Below, in pieces: positions 17,680-27,387 of a DNA stretch of 64,000 nucleotides. This stretch comes from Vicinamibacterales bacterium (GTDB lineage Bacteria > Acidobacteriota > Vicinamibacteria > Vicinamibacterales > SCN-69-37): contig JAKFEY010000020.1 of assembly GCA_036675475.1 (NCBI GenBank), positions 6,274 to 70,273 on the forward strand, written 5' to 3'. Each line of letters begins with the position of its first letter. Position 1 is the stretch's first letter. The translations under genes were made by a program, and so were the position numbers. The notes under the pieces were generated by a model. That model did not search any database and was not told the DNA's origin. It saw only the letters and a list, made by a program, of their open reading frames with translations.

Positions 17680-18561
17680 TCAGGCCGAAAGCTGCGCCTC
17701 GACTTCGGCGCGCGCCGGCACGCTGGCCATCGCGCCGCGCCGCGTGCAGCTGACGGCCGCGGCGGCATTCGCGAACCGCATGGCGTCCTCCAGCGGACGC
17801 GCCTCGAGCAGCGCGGCAATGAATCCCGCGCGGAACACATCGCCCGCGCCGGTCGTGTCGACCGCTGCCACCTGAAACCCCGGCGCCTCGATCACGTGAT
17901 CGCGGTCGAGCGCCATCGCGCCGCGCGCGCCGAGCGTCACGATGATCGGCGCCGCGGTCACGCCGCGCAGCTGCCGCAGCGCGCGCGTCATGTCGGCTTC
18001 GCCGGTAATCGCCGCAGGCACATGCTCGGCGACGATCGGATGCGTCGCAAGCGCCAGCAGCTCCTTGGCGCGCTCGCCAACCTGATCGATGTCGGTGGTG
18101 ACGATGCGTCCCGCGTCGCGCGCGCCGCGCGCCGCCTCAATCGACACCGCGATGTCGACATCGTCCACGTGCAGCACTTTCAACCGGGAATAATCAACCG
18201 GGTTGAATATTCCCGGTTGGCGCTGCCACAGCACGATGCGTTCGGGCTGGCCGTCGGCGAGCAGGATCACAGAGTACGCCTGCGGCGCCTGGGCGGTGAT
18301 GGTGTGCGAAATGTCGACGCCACGGCGGGCGAGCTCGGCGCGCACGAGGGCGCCGTTCGCGTCGCTGCCCGTGACGCCCATGAACGCCGCGCGCAGGCCG
18401 AGCGCCGCGCAGCCGGCCATGGCCGTGGCGGTCTGGCCGCCGGCCGAGACGGTGTGTGACTGAATCTGAAGTTTGGAGAGGGCGCCTTCCGGCTGCGGAT
18501 ACGCCGGAAGGAGATAGGTCAAATCGACCGCGCTGGCCCCGACGCCCGCGACGTCGAACAT
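17680..18561 (-). CDS. PfkB/ribokinase family carbohydrate kinase
   Basis: AGGQTATA, G.TGSD..G, VTLGARGA and VDTTGAGDVF. Confidence 0.92.
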   Translation of the reverse strand: MFDVAGVGASAVDLTYLLPAYPQPEGALSKLQIQSHTVSAGGQTATAMAGCAALGLRAAFMGVTGSDANGALVRAELARRGVDISHTITAQAPQAYSVILLADGQPERIVLWQRQPGIFNPVDYSRLKVLHVDDVDIAVSIEAARGARDAGRIVTTDIDQVGERAKELLALATHPIVAEHVPAAITGEADMTRALRQLRGVTAAPIIVTLGARGAMALDRDHVIEAPGFQVAAVDTTGAGDVFRAGFIAALLEARPLEDAMRFANAAAAVSCTRRGAMASVPARAEVEAQLSA

Positions 18562-19110
18562 CTAAAACGCGAAGCCCACGTTCACGCGGCCGGTCGGAAA
18601 CGCCACCACGATGTCGTTGTCGTCGTCGCCGCCGCCAAACAGCCGCATGCCGCCGCCACCGAGGCCGATGAGCACGTTGCGCTTCGATCCGAGCAGCCAC
18701 TCGTAGCCGACATCGATGCCGATCGCGCCGCGGGTTTCCTTGCGGCGCCGTTGAGTGGACTGGAAGTTGACCGGGTCGAAATCGTACGTGTCGTACGAGA
18801 TGCGATGAAACCCGATGCGGCCGCCGATGAAGAAGCCGGTGAGCGCGGCCCCCTGCGGGAAATAGCGGCCCAGCACCATGGCGTTGGTATAGCGGTCGTC
18901 GTCGAACTCCAGCGTGCCGGCCGAGACACCGATCGTCGACGCCTCGGTGACCTTGCGCTGGTACTCGCCATTAATGAAGCCGAGGATGTCGGCAATCGGC
19001 GACGTGGAGAGCGTCTGTTTGTGTTCGACGGGCGTCTTCGTGCCCGTGTCCTGCGCAAACGCCAGGCTGGACGTCAGAACGAGCGCCGCCGCGAAAACCC
19101 CAATCTTCAC
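18562..19110 (-). CDS. Outer-membrane beta-barrel protein (DUF3575-like)
   Basis: Signal peptide from GTG 19110, alternating beta-strands, C-terminal VGFAF. The track ORF extension to 19182 overlaps tRNA-His. Confidence 0.7.
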   Translation of the reverse strand: MKIGVFAAALVLTSSLAFAQDTGTKTPVEHKQTLSTSPIADILGFINGEYQRKVTEASTIGVSAGTLEFDDDRYTNAMVLGRYFPQGAALTGFFIGGRIGFHRISYDTYDFDPVNFQSTQRRRKETRGAIGIDVGYEWLLGSKRNVLIGLGGGGMRLFGGGDDDNDIVVAFPTGRVNVGFAF

Positions 19111-19139
19111 TTTCCAATCTCCAATTTCCAATGAATTTA

Positions 19140-19215
19140 TGGGGTGGATGACGGGAATCGAACCCGCAACGTCCGGCGCCACAGGCCGGTGCTCTGCCGT
19201 TGAGCTACATCCACC
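19140..19215 (-). tRNA. tRNA-His(GTG)
   Basis: G(-1)GTGGATGTAGCTCAACGGCAGAGC; anticodon arm CCGGC-CTGTGGC-GCCGG; C discriminator and encoded CCA. Confidence 0.96.
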
Positions 19216-19266
19216 GCAAGGAGGGTGAACTCAGGAGTTTAGCACCCGGTTCAGCAGCCGGGCAAC

Positions 19267-20220
19267 TCAGGCGATGCGGGCCTTCGCCTCGTCGATGCGG
19301 CGCACCTCGCCGCACGGGCGCTGGTCAGTGACCGCCAGCAGGTGTCCGTGCTCGACGCGCATCTGGCGCACGAACACTGAGGAGGCGGACACCTGCTTGG
19401 CGGCATACATCAGCTGATCCGCCTCGTCGAGCAGCGCGTTGGCCAGCTCCGGTCCGTTGCCGCGCCGGCCGTCGACCCCGCCAAGCTCCAGGCACACGAT
19501 GCCGACGTCAACCTTCACGGGCCGCTCTGCCAGCTGCTCGTGCTCGCGCGACCAGTCGTACCCTTCCACGGCGCGCTTGTAGCGGTTGCCGATGAGGCAT
19601 GCCGTATCGGGCCGCTGCAGGTCCGTAATGACGAAGCAGAACTCGTCGCCGCCGAGCCGGGCGTGCAGGTCGCGGCTTGCGCCGGCGCGGTCCGACGCGA
19701 TGAGGTCGGCGGATCGGACTTTTTCGGCAAGCAGGCACGCCACGCGCTCGATGATGCGATCGCCCACAGCGTGTCCGAGCGTGTCGTTGTAAATCTTGAA
19801 GCTGTTGATGTCGACCACGCCCACGCCGATGTGCTGCACGCGCTGTTCGGTGGCGAGGTAGGCCTCGAAGCGCTGGCGGAAGGCGTCGAAGCGGTAGAGG
19901 CGCGTTTTCGGATCGCGCTGCGACTTATCGCTCAGGTCGGCGACGACGTCCTCGAAGTAGCGGGCGATGGCGCTGACGCGGTGGTCCTTTTCGCTGAGCT
20001 CGGCGTGCAGGGCTTTGACCTTTTCGGCGAAGCCTTCCGAGAGCGCGCGAATCGCGCCGGCCTTCGACCCCTCCAGCAGATCGCGCTGCCACTCGAGCAC
20101 ACTTTCCACACCGCGTATCAATTCCTCGCGGTCGTAGCGGCTCAGGCGGAACTCGCGCGCGACCCACTCGCGCAGCTCGTCGGTCGTTCTCGGCAGCTTG
20201 ATCTGGGTTGCGGTCACCAT
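19267..20220 (-). CDS. Diguanylate cyclase (GGDEF) with N-terminal coiled coil
   Basis: DINSFKIYNDTLGHAVGD and ARLGGDEF; likely ATG at 20220. Confidence 0.88.
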   Translation of the reverse strand: MVTATQIKLPRTTDELREWVAREFRLSRYDREELIRGVESVLEWQRDLLEGSKAGAIRALSEGFAEKVKALHAELSEKDHRVSAIARYFEDVVADLSDKSQRDPKTRLYRFDAFRQRFEAYLATEQRVQHIGVGVVDINSFKIYNDTLGHAVGDRIIERVACLLAEKVRSADLIASDRAGASRDLHARLGGDEFCFVITDLQRPDTACLIGNRYKRAVEGYDWSREHEQLAERPVKVDVGIVCLELGGVDGRRGNGPELANALLDEADQLMYAAKQVSASSVFVRQMRVEHGHLLAVTDQRPCGEVRRIDEAKARIA

Positions 20221-20291
20221 ACGCCTTCCCGAAACGCGCATCCCACGACGCGCTGCAGGATGTTGCAATCAAACGGTGTGCCGCGACGCGG

Positions 20292-22064
20292 TCATCCCAC
20301 TTTGCGCAGCGTGCGCACCACGCGTCCTGATGGGCCGCCAGGCGAGCTCACCACGACGCGGACGATGTAGTCGCCCGGCTGGAGCGCAGCGATGGGCACG
20401 ACGCCGCTGAGCGTCGCGCGCGTCTTGTCGGGCGAGGGCGTGAGCGCGGCCGGCAGGGAGAGCAGCGCGGGCCCGTTGAGCGAGCGCGCGATCTCGAGGC
20501 GGCCGGTGGGCATCACACCCGGCGGCATGTCGGTGAGCTCGACCTGCGCGATGGCCGTCGGTTCCGCGCTGAAGATCATGCGCGGCTGAAACGCGCCGGC
20601 GCGCGACACGCCGAGGATCACCGTGCTCAGCTTGATGGGACCGGCGCTTTCGAGCACCGCGTTCAGGTCGTAATCCGCGGTTGCGGCACGGCCGGTCTCG
20701 TCGACGGCCGCGACCCGCATGCGATAGTGCCCGGGCGGCGCCACCATGGCCGCCATGATCGGGCCGCCGGTGAGCTCCTCGGGACGCGCGGTCCACTGGC
20801 CGATCATCGATCCCTTCTGATCGAACAGGCCGACGGCGGCGGCCTTCAGTTTCGCGGACGGCTCCGCCTCGGCCAGCGCGATCACGCGCAGCTTCTCGTC
20901 GCCGGGATTGCTCGACACATACCCGATCGCGCGCATCGCAAACTCGCTGAAGCCGCGCGCCTGGCGCAGCATGTCGTGCGGCGTGACGGCGGACTTGCGG
21001 CCGGCATCCGCGCTGCTTTTCGTGAGCGCGATGCGCGGCCTCGCCCGCACCGTCACATCCGGCCGCGACGTCTTCACCTCGAGCCGCGTCACCCCGCCAT
21101 CGTCGGGCCCCGCCGCGATGGTGGCGATGTAGTACGTGGAGTAGCGCAGGATGCGCTCGACGGTGTCGCCGCTCTGGCCGCTGAGGCGCAGCAGCTCCGC
21201 GCCCGTGACGCCCGCGAGGGTTTCGAGGCCCGCTACGAGATCGGTGATGCGGCGGCCGGCCAGGTCCGCCGCCCCAACCGCGCCGGGCGCGATCATCTGA
21301 TCCTCGGGCTGCAGCACGTGGAATGTCGCGCGCGCGCGCGCCGCCGCCACGCCGACTTCCTCGAACCGCTCGGGCAGAATCTGGCACATGCCGGCGCCGA
21401 TGTTGCGCGCCGATCCGGGATCGTCGGTCGGCCCCGACATCGATGACGAGATGAAGACCACCGACGTCGGCCCCTCGCCACCGCCCATGCTGTTGAGCAG
21501 GCCTGTGAGCTGCTCGAGCGTGCGCTTCGCGCGGCACGCGAAGTCGGTGGAGCTTTCACCGCGCGGCGCCTTGCCGCCGATCTCGTTGAAGACCTCGCGC
21601 GCCTTCGCGTGGTCCGTGGTGAAGTCGAGGCGAATGCCGCCGAGCGGCACGGTGACGATGGCGACGCGGTCGGAGGGGGAGAGGCTCGACAGCAGCTGCC
21701 CAATCGCCGGCCGGAAGGCTTCTTCACGGCCCGGCCGCACCGACTCATCGTCGAGCACGATCAGCAGCGTACGGTTGCGCGGGCGCGACACGATGCTCGA
21801 CGCGAACGGTTCCGGCAGTTCGTCGATGCCGCCGGCGTTGCCCATCGGCACGACGTCGAGATCGAGGACCGCGCGGTCGCGCGCGCCGATCTTCACCGTG
21901 ACTTCTTCCGGCTTCAGGTCGAGCACGGGCGCGCCGCCGGGCCCGAATGCGACGAAGTCGACGGTCAGCACCTGCGGATTGGCCGCCGTCGGCGTGTTCT
22001 GCGCATGCGCGGCCACGGCAAGCAGGCCGGCCAGCGCGAAAGTGACCGGAAACGAACGTCTCAT
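20292..22064 (-). CDS. Acidobacterial VWA-domain secreted protein
   Basis: Signal peptide, VLDLKPEEVTV, DRVAIVT..G....DFTTD, VVFISS, C-terminal Ig-like region with PGDYIVRV. Confidence 0.75.
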   Translation of the reverse strand: MRRSFPVTFALAGLLAVAAHAQNTPTAANPQVLTVDFVAFGPGGAPVLDLKPEEVTVKIGARDRAVLDLDVVPMGNAGGIDELPEPFASSIVSRPRNRTLLIVLDDESVRPGREEAFRPAIGQLLSSLSPSDRVAIVTVPLGGIRLDFTTDHAKAREVFNEIGGKAPRGESSTDFACRAKRTLEQLTGLLNSMGGGEGPTSVVFISSSMSGPTDDPGSARNIGAGMCQILPERFEEVGVAAARARATFHVLQPEDQMIAPGAVGAADLAGRRITDLVAGLETLAGVTGAELLRLSGQSGDTVERILRYSTYYIATIAAGPDDGGVTRLEVKTSRPDVTVRARPRIALTKSSADAGRKSAVTPHDMLRQARGFSEFAMRAIGYVSSNPGDEKLRVIALAEAEPSAKLKAAAVGLFDQKGSMIGQWTARPEELTGGPIMAAMVAPPGHYRMRVAAVDETGRAATADYDLNAVLESAGPIKLSTVILGVSRAGAFQPRMIFSAEPTAIAQVELTDMPPGVMPTGRLEIARSLNGPALLSLPAALTPSPDKTRATLSGVVPIAALQPGDYIVRVVVSSPGGPSGRVVRTLRKVG

Positions 22065-22079
22065 GGACCCTCCGGGAGT

Positions 22080-23606
22080 TTAGACACCGAACATCTCGCG
22101 ATGGTGCCGGTACCAGGTGCTCTGAAAGCGATCGTCCGGATCGTACTCGCGCTTCTTTGCGAGCATCGCCGGCAGGCGCGGATAGCAGCGCTCGACCTGA
22201 TCCTTCCGCGCCCAGCGGTGATAGGTCAGGTAATAGCTGCCGCCATGCGCGATGCCGAGATCGATCAGCTCGCGGAACGCGCCGGCGGCGGCGTCAATCG
22301 CTTTCTGCGCGTGCTCGATGTGCAGGTTGAAGATCACGCAGGCATACCGCTCTTTCGCCCACGGCAGAAAGCTCTCATCGTCCTTCTCGATCATGCGCAC
22401 GGTGCCGTACACGATGTTGGCGCCGCGCCGCTTGAGGGCGACGGCCGCCGCCTCCATGAAGGCGTGGAGCTGGGGCCGCTGCACGTAAATCTCCGTGATC
22501 ATCTCGGTAGCTTTGACGCGCGAGCGCAGCGCGCGGTCGACATCGGCGTGATAATTGTCGACGTAGGCGGCCGACAGCTGCGAATCGGCCCAGTAAATCT
22601 GGCCGGATGTCGCCAGATACCGCGTGGAGTAGACCTCGAACGCGCGGCGCTTGTACTTGTGCGCATAGAACGTCAGGCGCGCCCAGTCCTCCGGGTTGAA
22701 GCGTGTGGGATTGGCGGTCAGCGGCGTGTCGTCGGCGACCGGCTGGTAGGTGGAGAAGATGCCGCGGCGCAGAAAGCTGTCGCGGTTGGCGTCGGTCGTG
22801 AACTGGTAGTCGCCATACAGATAGCCGTCGCGGATGCGCTGCTCGAACCGGTCGATGATGCCGGCGGTTTCGCCGAGCTCGACGACTCGACGCACCTTCA
22901 CGCGCGGCCGAAGCTGCAGTTGCAGGCGCGCGATCACGCCGAACAGGCCGTAGCCGCCGATGGCCAGGCTGAACAGCTCCGGGTTCTGCGTGCGCGAGCA
23001 GCGTTGCAGGTTGCCCTCGGCGTCGATCAGGTCGAACCAGCGCACCTGCTGGACGATCGGCTTCAGGTTCAGTCCGCGCCCGTGCGCGTTGCACGCAAGC
23101 GCGCCGCCAAGACTGAGTCGATCCGCGCCGGTCTGCTTCTGATAGATGCCCCACTGCGGGCCGGCCGCGGCCGCCTGCTGCGTGTTCAGATACTCAATCA
23201 GCTGCGGCCACTGCACGCCGGCTTCGAGCGTCACCGTGCCGGCTTCGCGATCGAACGCGATGATCTGATTGAGCGCGCGCGTATCGAGCAGCACTGCGTC
23301 TTCCGCGAACTGTTGTCCGCCCATCGCATGCCGTCCGCCGGCCATCGCCACCGCGCGTCCCGCCGCCTTCGCCTGCCGAATCGTCTCTGCGGCCGCGTCA
23401 AGGCCCTGGGCCTTGACGATGGCGTGCACGCGCGTGGGATTGAGCTGCGAATGCAGATCGTTGACGAGCAGGGAGGTCTCGACGTCGGCAATCGCCGACG
23501 CGTAGGGCGACCGGACGTGAATCGTCGGGATAATGCAGCCGCCGGCGGCCACGCCCGCGACGCCGGCAGCCGCGGTGCCGAGGAACTCGCGTCGATTGAG
23601 CGTCAT
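22080..23606 (-). CDS. Tat-exported FAD-binding oxidoreductase (ALO/DprE1-like)
   Basis: MTLNRREFLG twin-Arg signal, GGRHAMGGQ, SLGGALACNAHGR, IGGYGLFGVI and KREYDPDDRFQS. Start at ATG 23606 overlaps the upstream stop. Confidence 0.87.
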   Translation of the reverse strand: MTLNRREFLGTAAAGVAGVAAGGCIIPTIHVRSPYASAIADVETSLLVNDLHSQLNPTRVHAIVKAQGLDAAAETIRQAKAAGRAVAMAGGRHAMGGQQFAEDAVLLDTRALNQIIAFDREAGTVTLEAGVQWPQLIEYLNTQQAAAAGPQWGIYQKQTGADRLSLGGALACNAHGRGLNLKPIVQQVRWFDLIDAEGNLQRCSRTQNPELFSLAIGGYGLFGVIARLQLQLRPRVKVRRVVELGETAGIIDRFEQRIRDGYLYGDYQFTTDANRDSFLRRGIFSTYQPVADDTPLTANPTRFNPEDWARLTFYAHKYKRRAFEVYSTRYLATSGQIYWADSQLSAAYVDNYHADVDRALRSRVKATEMITEIYVQRPQLHAFMEAAAVALKRRGANIVYGTVRMIEKDDESFLPWAKERYACVIFNLHIEHAQKAIDAAAGAFRELIDLGIAHGGSYYLTYHRWARKDQVERCYPRLPAMLAKKREYDPDDRFQSTWYRHHREMFGV

Positions 23607-24121
23607 TGCTTTCTCAACACGACGGTGTCTTCCCGTGTGCCGGCGCCGCCGCTGACGGCGGTTTGCAGAGAGCCATCGGCGAGCCGTGTGTAGCGAACGA
23701 GCTTCGGGTAATCGTGCGCCGGATTCTCGAACGTGGCGCTGTCCGTGCTGATGCTCGTCAGCGTGAAGATCGTGGCCGGCGTGCGGCCGTTCGGCATGGC
23801 GATGTAGGCCAGGCTGCCGTCGCGCTCGGCGATGCAGACGAACTCGAAGCCGGCCAGGTCCGCGCCGCGCAGCGTGCGGCCGACCGCCAGCATCGTGCCC
23901 GACGCGGGCGGCGTCCAGCGTTCTTCCACCGTGGTGTTGCGGCCGGCTGTGCCCACCCAGGTGGCCCCAAGCCACGCCAGCTGCGCGATACGCGCGGGCG
24001 CCGCCTTGAGGGTCGAGTCCACGCGCTCCTGCCCGGTCTGACAGGCTTGCGCGGGGGCGCGGTCATTAATAAGGACCAGAGGCGACGCCAGCAGGCAGGT
24101 CAGCAACAGATGTGGCCGCAT
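23603..24121 (-). CDS. DUF6265-like secreted protein
   Basis: LAWLGATW...EERWTPP..GTML..GR, FEF..I, FENPAHDYPK..RY. Confidence 0.75.
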   Translation of the reverse strand: MRPHLLLTCLLASPLVLINDRAPAQACQTGQERVDSTLKAAPARIAQLAWLGATWVGTAGRNTTVEERWTPPASGTMLAVGRTLRGADLAGFEFVCIAERDGSLAYIAMPNGRTPATIFTLTSISTDSATFENPAHDYPKLVRYTRLADGSLQTAVSGGAGTREDTVVLRKQ

Positions 24122-24218
24122 TGGCGCCAACTCTAGCCGAAGCCCGGCTGTGTTGCGCGAAGAAACGGATCGGCCTTCAAGTTGCAGTGTTCAGGGCCCG
24201 AGAGAGGGCTGACGAGCT

Positions 24219-24665
24219 ATGACGACTGAACCAAACCGGCGGCGCAACAACCCGGCCGAACCGATCCACCAGCCGCGGCTTGCGGGCGTGCCCGTGCGCG
24301 AGAACGACATCGAGCCGACACTCGGGCTGCACTGGGTGGCGTGGCTGTGCCGCGCGCTCGCCGTCCTGCTGTTTCTGCTGATGGTGGTGCAGATCGCGCT
24401 CGGCGTGACCAGCGCCGTCGAGATCTCCTACGGCGTGCTGTTTGCCGAGGGCGTGCGCCTGCTGATTTTCGCAGGCCTGTTGTGGGGCGCCGGCGCCCTG
24501 GCCGATCTGTTCGTGCGGTCGCACCATGACCTGCGCGCCACGCGCGTGCTGCTGGCGCGCATCGCGTATCGGCTGCGCGAGGATTCGCCGGACACACCGG
24601 CCCCGCCCGTGTCAGGACCCAACCCCGCGCTCCCCGGACGCGATGATGCGGGATACCGCCATTAG
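24219..24665 (+). CDS. Hypothetical membrane protein (2 TM)
   Basis: Two hydrophobic segments; ATG start; host-like codon usage. Confidence 0.65.
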   Translation: MTTEPNRRRNNPAEPIHQPRLAGVPVRENDIEPTLGLHWVAWLCRALAVLLFLLMVVQIALGVTSAVEISYGVLFAEGVRLLIFAGLLWGAGALADLFVRSHHDLRATRVLLARIAYRLREDSPDTPAPPVSGPNPALPGRDDAGYRH

Positions 24666-25641
24666 CATCGCCGCATGCCACCCGAAGCGCAGAGCGCGGA
24701 CGGTGGCGGCGCTGCTCCTGATTCCCGTGCTGCTCTCGGGTTCGGCCGGCTCGAACCCGTTCAGTGGCAAGCGGCTCTACGTCGATCCGAACTCCGCGGC
24801 CAAGCGGCAGGCGGAAACGTGGAAGCGGACGAGGCCTGTCGATGCCGCGCTCATCGAGCGCATCGCGAATCAACCGGTCGCGCGCTGGATCGGCGGATGG
24901 GTGGGCGATGTCCGGCGCGAGATCAATCAGGCCGTTGCGACGATCACCGGCTCGGGGTCGCTGCCCGTGTTTGTCGCCTACAACATTCCCTATCGCGACT
25001 GCGGCAGCTATTCCGCGGGCGGCTCCGCCACGGCCAACGCTTATCGCAAATGGGTTCGTGATTTTGCCGCCGGCGTCGGCGGCCGCAACGCCATCGTCAT
25101 TCTCGAGCCCGATGCGCTGGCGGGCATGGACTGCCTCGCCGCGGGCGGACGGCAGGAGCGCGTGACGCTGCTGCGCGAAGCGGTGCAGGTGCTGCGCGCG
25201 CAGCGCGCCGCCGTGTACCTCGACGCGGGACATGCGAACTGGCATGCGCCCGAGGAGATGGCGCGGCGCCTGAAGCTCGCGGGAATCGATCAGGCGAATG
25301 GCTTTGCGCTGAACGTGTCGAACTTCGCGCCCACGCAGGCCAACGTCGCGTACGGCGAGAAGTTGTCGCGCCTGGTCGGCGGCAAGCACTTCATCATCGA
25401 CACCAGCCGCAACGGGCTGCCGACGACGTCGAAGGAATGGTGCAATCCGCGCGGCCGCGCGCTGGGTGTGTCGCCGAGCACGAACACCGGTCACCCGCTC
25501 GTGGATGCGTTTCTGTGGGTGAAGGCGCCGGGCGAGTCGGACGGCACGTGCGGCGGAGGCCCGCAGGCCGGCACGTGGTGGAGCACCTACGCGCTCGAAC
25601 TGAGCCGCATGGCGTCGACGTTGAGCGGCAGAACCCGCTAA
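24643..25641 (+). CDS. Glycoside hydrolase family 6 (endoglucanase/cellobiohydrolase)
   Basis: VAYNIPYRDC, VILEPDAL, YLDAGH, GFALNVSNF, IIDTSRNG, WCNP and DAFLWVKAPGESDG; start uncertain. Confidence 0.9.
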   Translation: MMRDTAISIAACHPKRRARTVAALLLIPVLLSGSAGSNPFSGKRLYVDPNSAAKRQAETWKRTRPVDAALIERIANQPVARWIGGWVGDVRREINQAVATITGSGSLPVFVAYNIPYRDCGSYSAGGSATANAYRKWVRDFAAGVGGRNAIVILEPDALAGMDCLAAGGRQERVTLLREAVQVLRAQRAAVYLDAGHANWHAPEEMARRLKLAGIDQANGFALNVSNFAPTQANVAYGEKLSRLVGGKHFIIDTSRNGLPTTSKEWCNPRGRALGVSPSTNTGHPLVDAFLWVKAPGESDGTCGGGPQAGTWWSTYALELSRMASTLSGRTR

Positions 25642-26504
25642 AGGCGGCGCGCCGCGTCAATAGCGGCCGCGAAGCGCTCGATGCCGCCGGGCGATGAGCC
25701 AAGGAACAGATGCGGCTCGATCAACTCCGCTTCGGCGAGCACGAAGCGGCCGTCCTGTTCGATGCCGTCCATCCGCGCGTACAGCGTTTTCGCGTCGAAC
25801 AGGTTCAGCACGCGCGCGGCTTGTTCGATCAGCGCGGCCGATAGGGCGAGCGGCTCGGTGCGGCCGCCGTATTCCTCCTGCACCCGGAAGTCGCCCGTCA
25901 TTGCGCGCTTGATGACCGCGTGGCTGAAGCGCCCTCCAAGAAAGATGAGCGAGAGCTCGCCCTGCGTGATGGCGTCGAGGAACGGCTGGACGAGCGTGTC
26001 GCGCGCTTCAACGGCCGCGCGAAAGGTGTGCTCGCTGCCTGCCTCGCGCGCGTCGAGTCTCGCGGTGTGGAACGACGATGCGGACACCGCGGGTTTGATG
26101 ACGAGCGCATCGGTGCCGAAGGCCTGCGCGATGGTGGCGAGCGGCGTGCCGTCGCCTCCGCGCGCGAGATGCGTAGGCACGATCGCGGCGCCGGCCGCTT
26201 CGAGCTCGAGCAGATATTGCTTGTGCGCGTTGCGCCGAAGCGTCGCCGGAGCGTTGAGCACCCGCACGCCGCGCGCCGACACCGCATCGGCCCATGCGAG
26301 GAACTCCTGGGGGCGGTGGTGGTAGTCCCAGCAGGAACGGATGACGACGAGTTCCTGCTCCACGCGCTCGGGCGGAGTCGTTGACCAGACGAGGGGCGCG
26401 GCATCGATGCTTCGCACGGCCAGCGCCTCGACGACGGCGCGATCCTCGGGCGTGAGGTCCGGATGATCTTCTGATGTGGCAAGTCCGACGCGCGCGCGAG
26501 GCAT
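25638..26504 (-). CDS. ATP-grasp protein (RimK/glutathione synthetase-like)
   Basis: RSCWDYH, KQYLLEL, VIKPAVSASS, QPFL, DFRVQEEYGG and YARMD...ELIEP. Confidence 0.85.
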   Translation of the reverse strand: MPRARVGLATSEDHPDLTPEDRAVVEALAVRSIDAAPLVWSTTPPERVEQELVVIRSCWDYHHRPQEFLAWADAVSARGVRVLNAPATLRRNAHKQYLLELEAAGAAIVPTHLARGGDGTPLATIAQAFGTDALVIKPAVSASSFHTARLDAREAGSEHTFRAAVEARDTLVQPFLDAITQGELSLIFLGGRFSHAVIKRAMTGDFRVQEEYGGRTEPLALSAALIEQAARVLNLFDAKTLYARMDGIEQDGRFVLAEAELIEPHLFLGSSPGGIERFAAAIDAARRL

Positions 26505-26539
26505 GGATCCGAAAACGGTAGCAGAAATTGCGGCCTCGC

Positions 26540-26597
26540 CCTGTGCAATACCTGTGGAAACTCACCCCGGGGCGAGTGTCCACAATTCATCCACAGG
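26540..26597. promoter_or_regulatory. Symmetric cluster of four DnaA-box-like 9-mers
   Basis: TGTGCAATA 26542 and TGTGGAAAC 26553 (reverse); GTGTCCACA 26576 and TCATCCACA 26587 (forward); 22 of 29 paired positions across the palindrome. Confidence 0.6.
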
Positions 26598-26652
26598 TTG
26601 GCGTCTGCGCGCGGGCAGATTCTGCAACGCGAGATCGCGGGCGTAACGTGTA

Positions 26653-26674
26653 GCACACATTTCCTTTTGTGTGC
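26653..26674. promoter_or_regulatory. Putative antitoxin operator
   Basis: GCACACA-N8-TGTGTGC inverted repeat 11 nt upstream of the antitoxin ATG. Confidence 0.55.
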
Positions 26675-26685
26675 GACAATGCGGC

Positions 26686-26925
26686 ATGAAGAAATATATT
26701 CATGCGCGGTTGAGCAGCCAGGTGCGTGAGACGCTGGAGGACCTCAAGGCGGCCACCGGCGCGACCGAATCGGAGCTTGTGCGGCAAGGGCTCGAGCTCG
26801 TCGCCGAGCGGTACCGCGCGCGGCCCTCCGCACTCGATCTGGCCGGCGACAGCGTGGGGAAGGTGCGCGGCGCGCCCCGCGACCTCTCGACCAGCGCCAG
26901 ACACCTCGACGGCTTCGGCGAATGA
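26686..26925 (+). CDS. Antitoxin, ribbon-helix-helix/CopG-like
   Basis: Small protein MKKYIHARL...SELVRQGL..., LAGDSVG..G.P.DLS; ATGA overlap with the PIN gene. Confidence 0.78.
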   Translation: MKKYIHARLSSQVRETLEDLKAATGATESELVRQGLELVAERYRARPSALDLAGDSVGKVRGAPRDLSTSARHLDGFGE

Positions 26926-27335
26926 ATCGTCCCGGCGTGCTTCTCGACACCGGACCGATCGTGGCGCTGCTGTCGAAGAACGATCGGCACCACGCGCGCG
27001 CCGCGGCGGCATTCGCGGCATGCGCCCCCCCGTTTCGCACCTGCGAGGCGGTGGTTGCGGAGGCCTGTTTTCTGATGCGCCGGGCCAGTCGAACCGGACC
27101 GGCCGAGGTGGTGCGGCTCGCCACGCGAGGCGTCTTCGAAATTGCGTTATCCGCGGGGGACGAATTGTCCGCGCTGGCCACGCTCTTCGAGCGTTACACC
27201 GATCGGCCGATTTCGTTCGCCGATGCCTGTCTGATCCGCTGCGCGGAGTTGCACGACGAGCCGCGCATCCTCACGTTCGACGATGACTTCGACGTCTATC
27301 GGTGGGACCGGCGGCGGAAGTTCGAGCGGCTGTAG
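26922..27335 (+). CDS. vapC: PIN-domain toxin (VapC family)
   Basis: VLLDTGPIVAL...D.HH, TCEAVVAEA, ISFADAC and ILTFD.DF..YR. Confidence 0.9.
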   Translation: MNRPGVLLDTGPIVALLSKNDRHHARAAAAFAACAPPFRTCEAVVAEACFLMRRASRTGPAEVVRLATRGVFEIALSAGDELSALATLFERYTDRPISFADACLIRCAELHDEPRILTFDDDFDVYRWDRRRKFERL

Positions 27336-27387
27336 ATCCGCCCGCCCGGGCCACCTGCGAGGCGGTCGAAGGCTACAATTCCGTTAC

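Noticed and set aside
21609-23693. 694-aa plus-strand ORF
   Set aside because: Shadow of the FAD oxidase and VWA genes on the minus strand.
23607-23975. N-terminal extension of track ORF 22080..23975
   Set aside because: Overlaps the DUF6265-like gene; the Tat signal begins at ATG 23606.
26505-26685. Calling the DnaA-box-like cluster oriC
   Set aside because: No AT-rich unwinding element or DnaA-trio run, no replication genes nearby, and GC skew cannot be assessed from this window.
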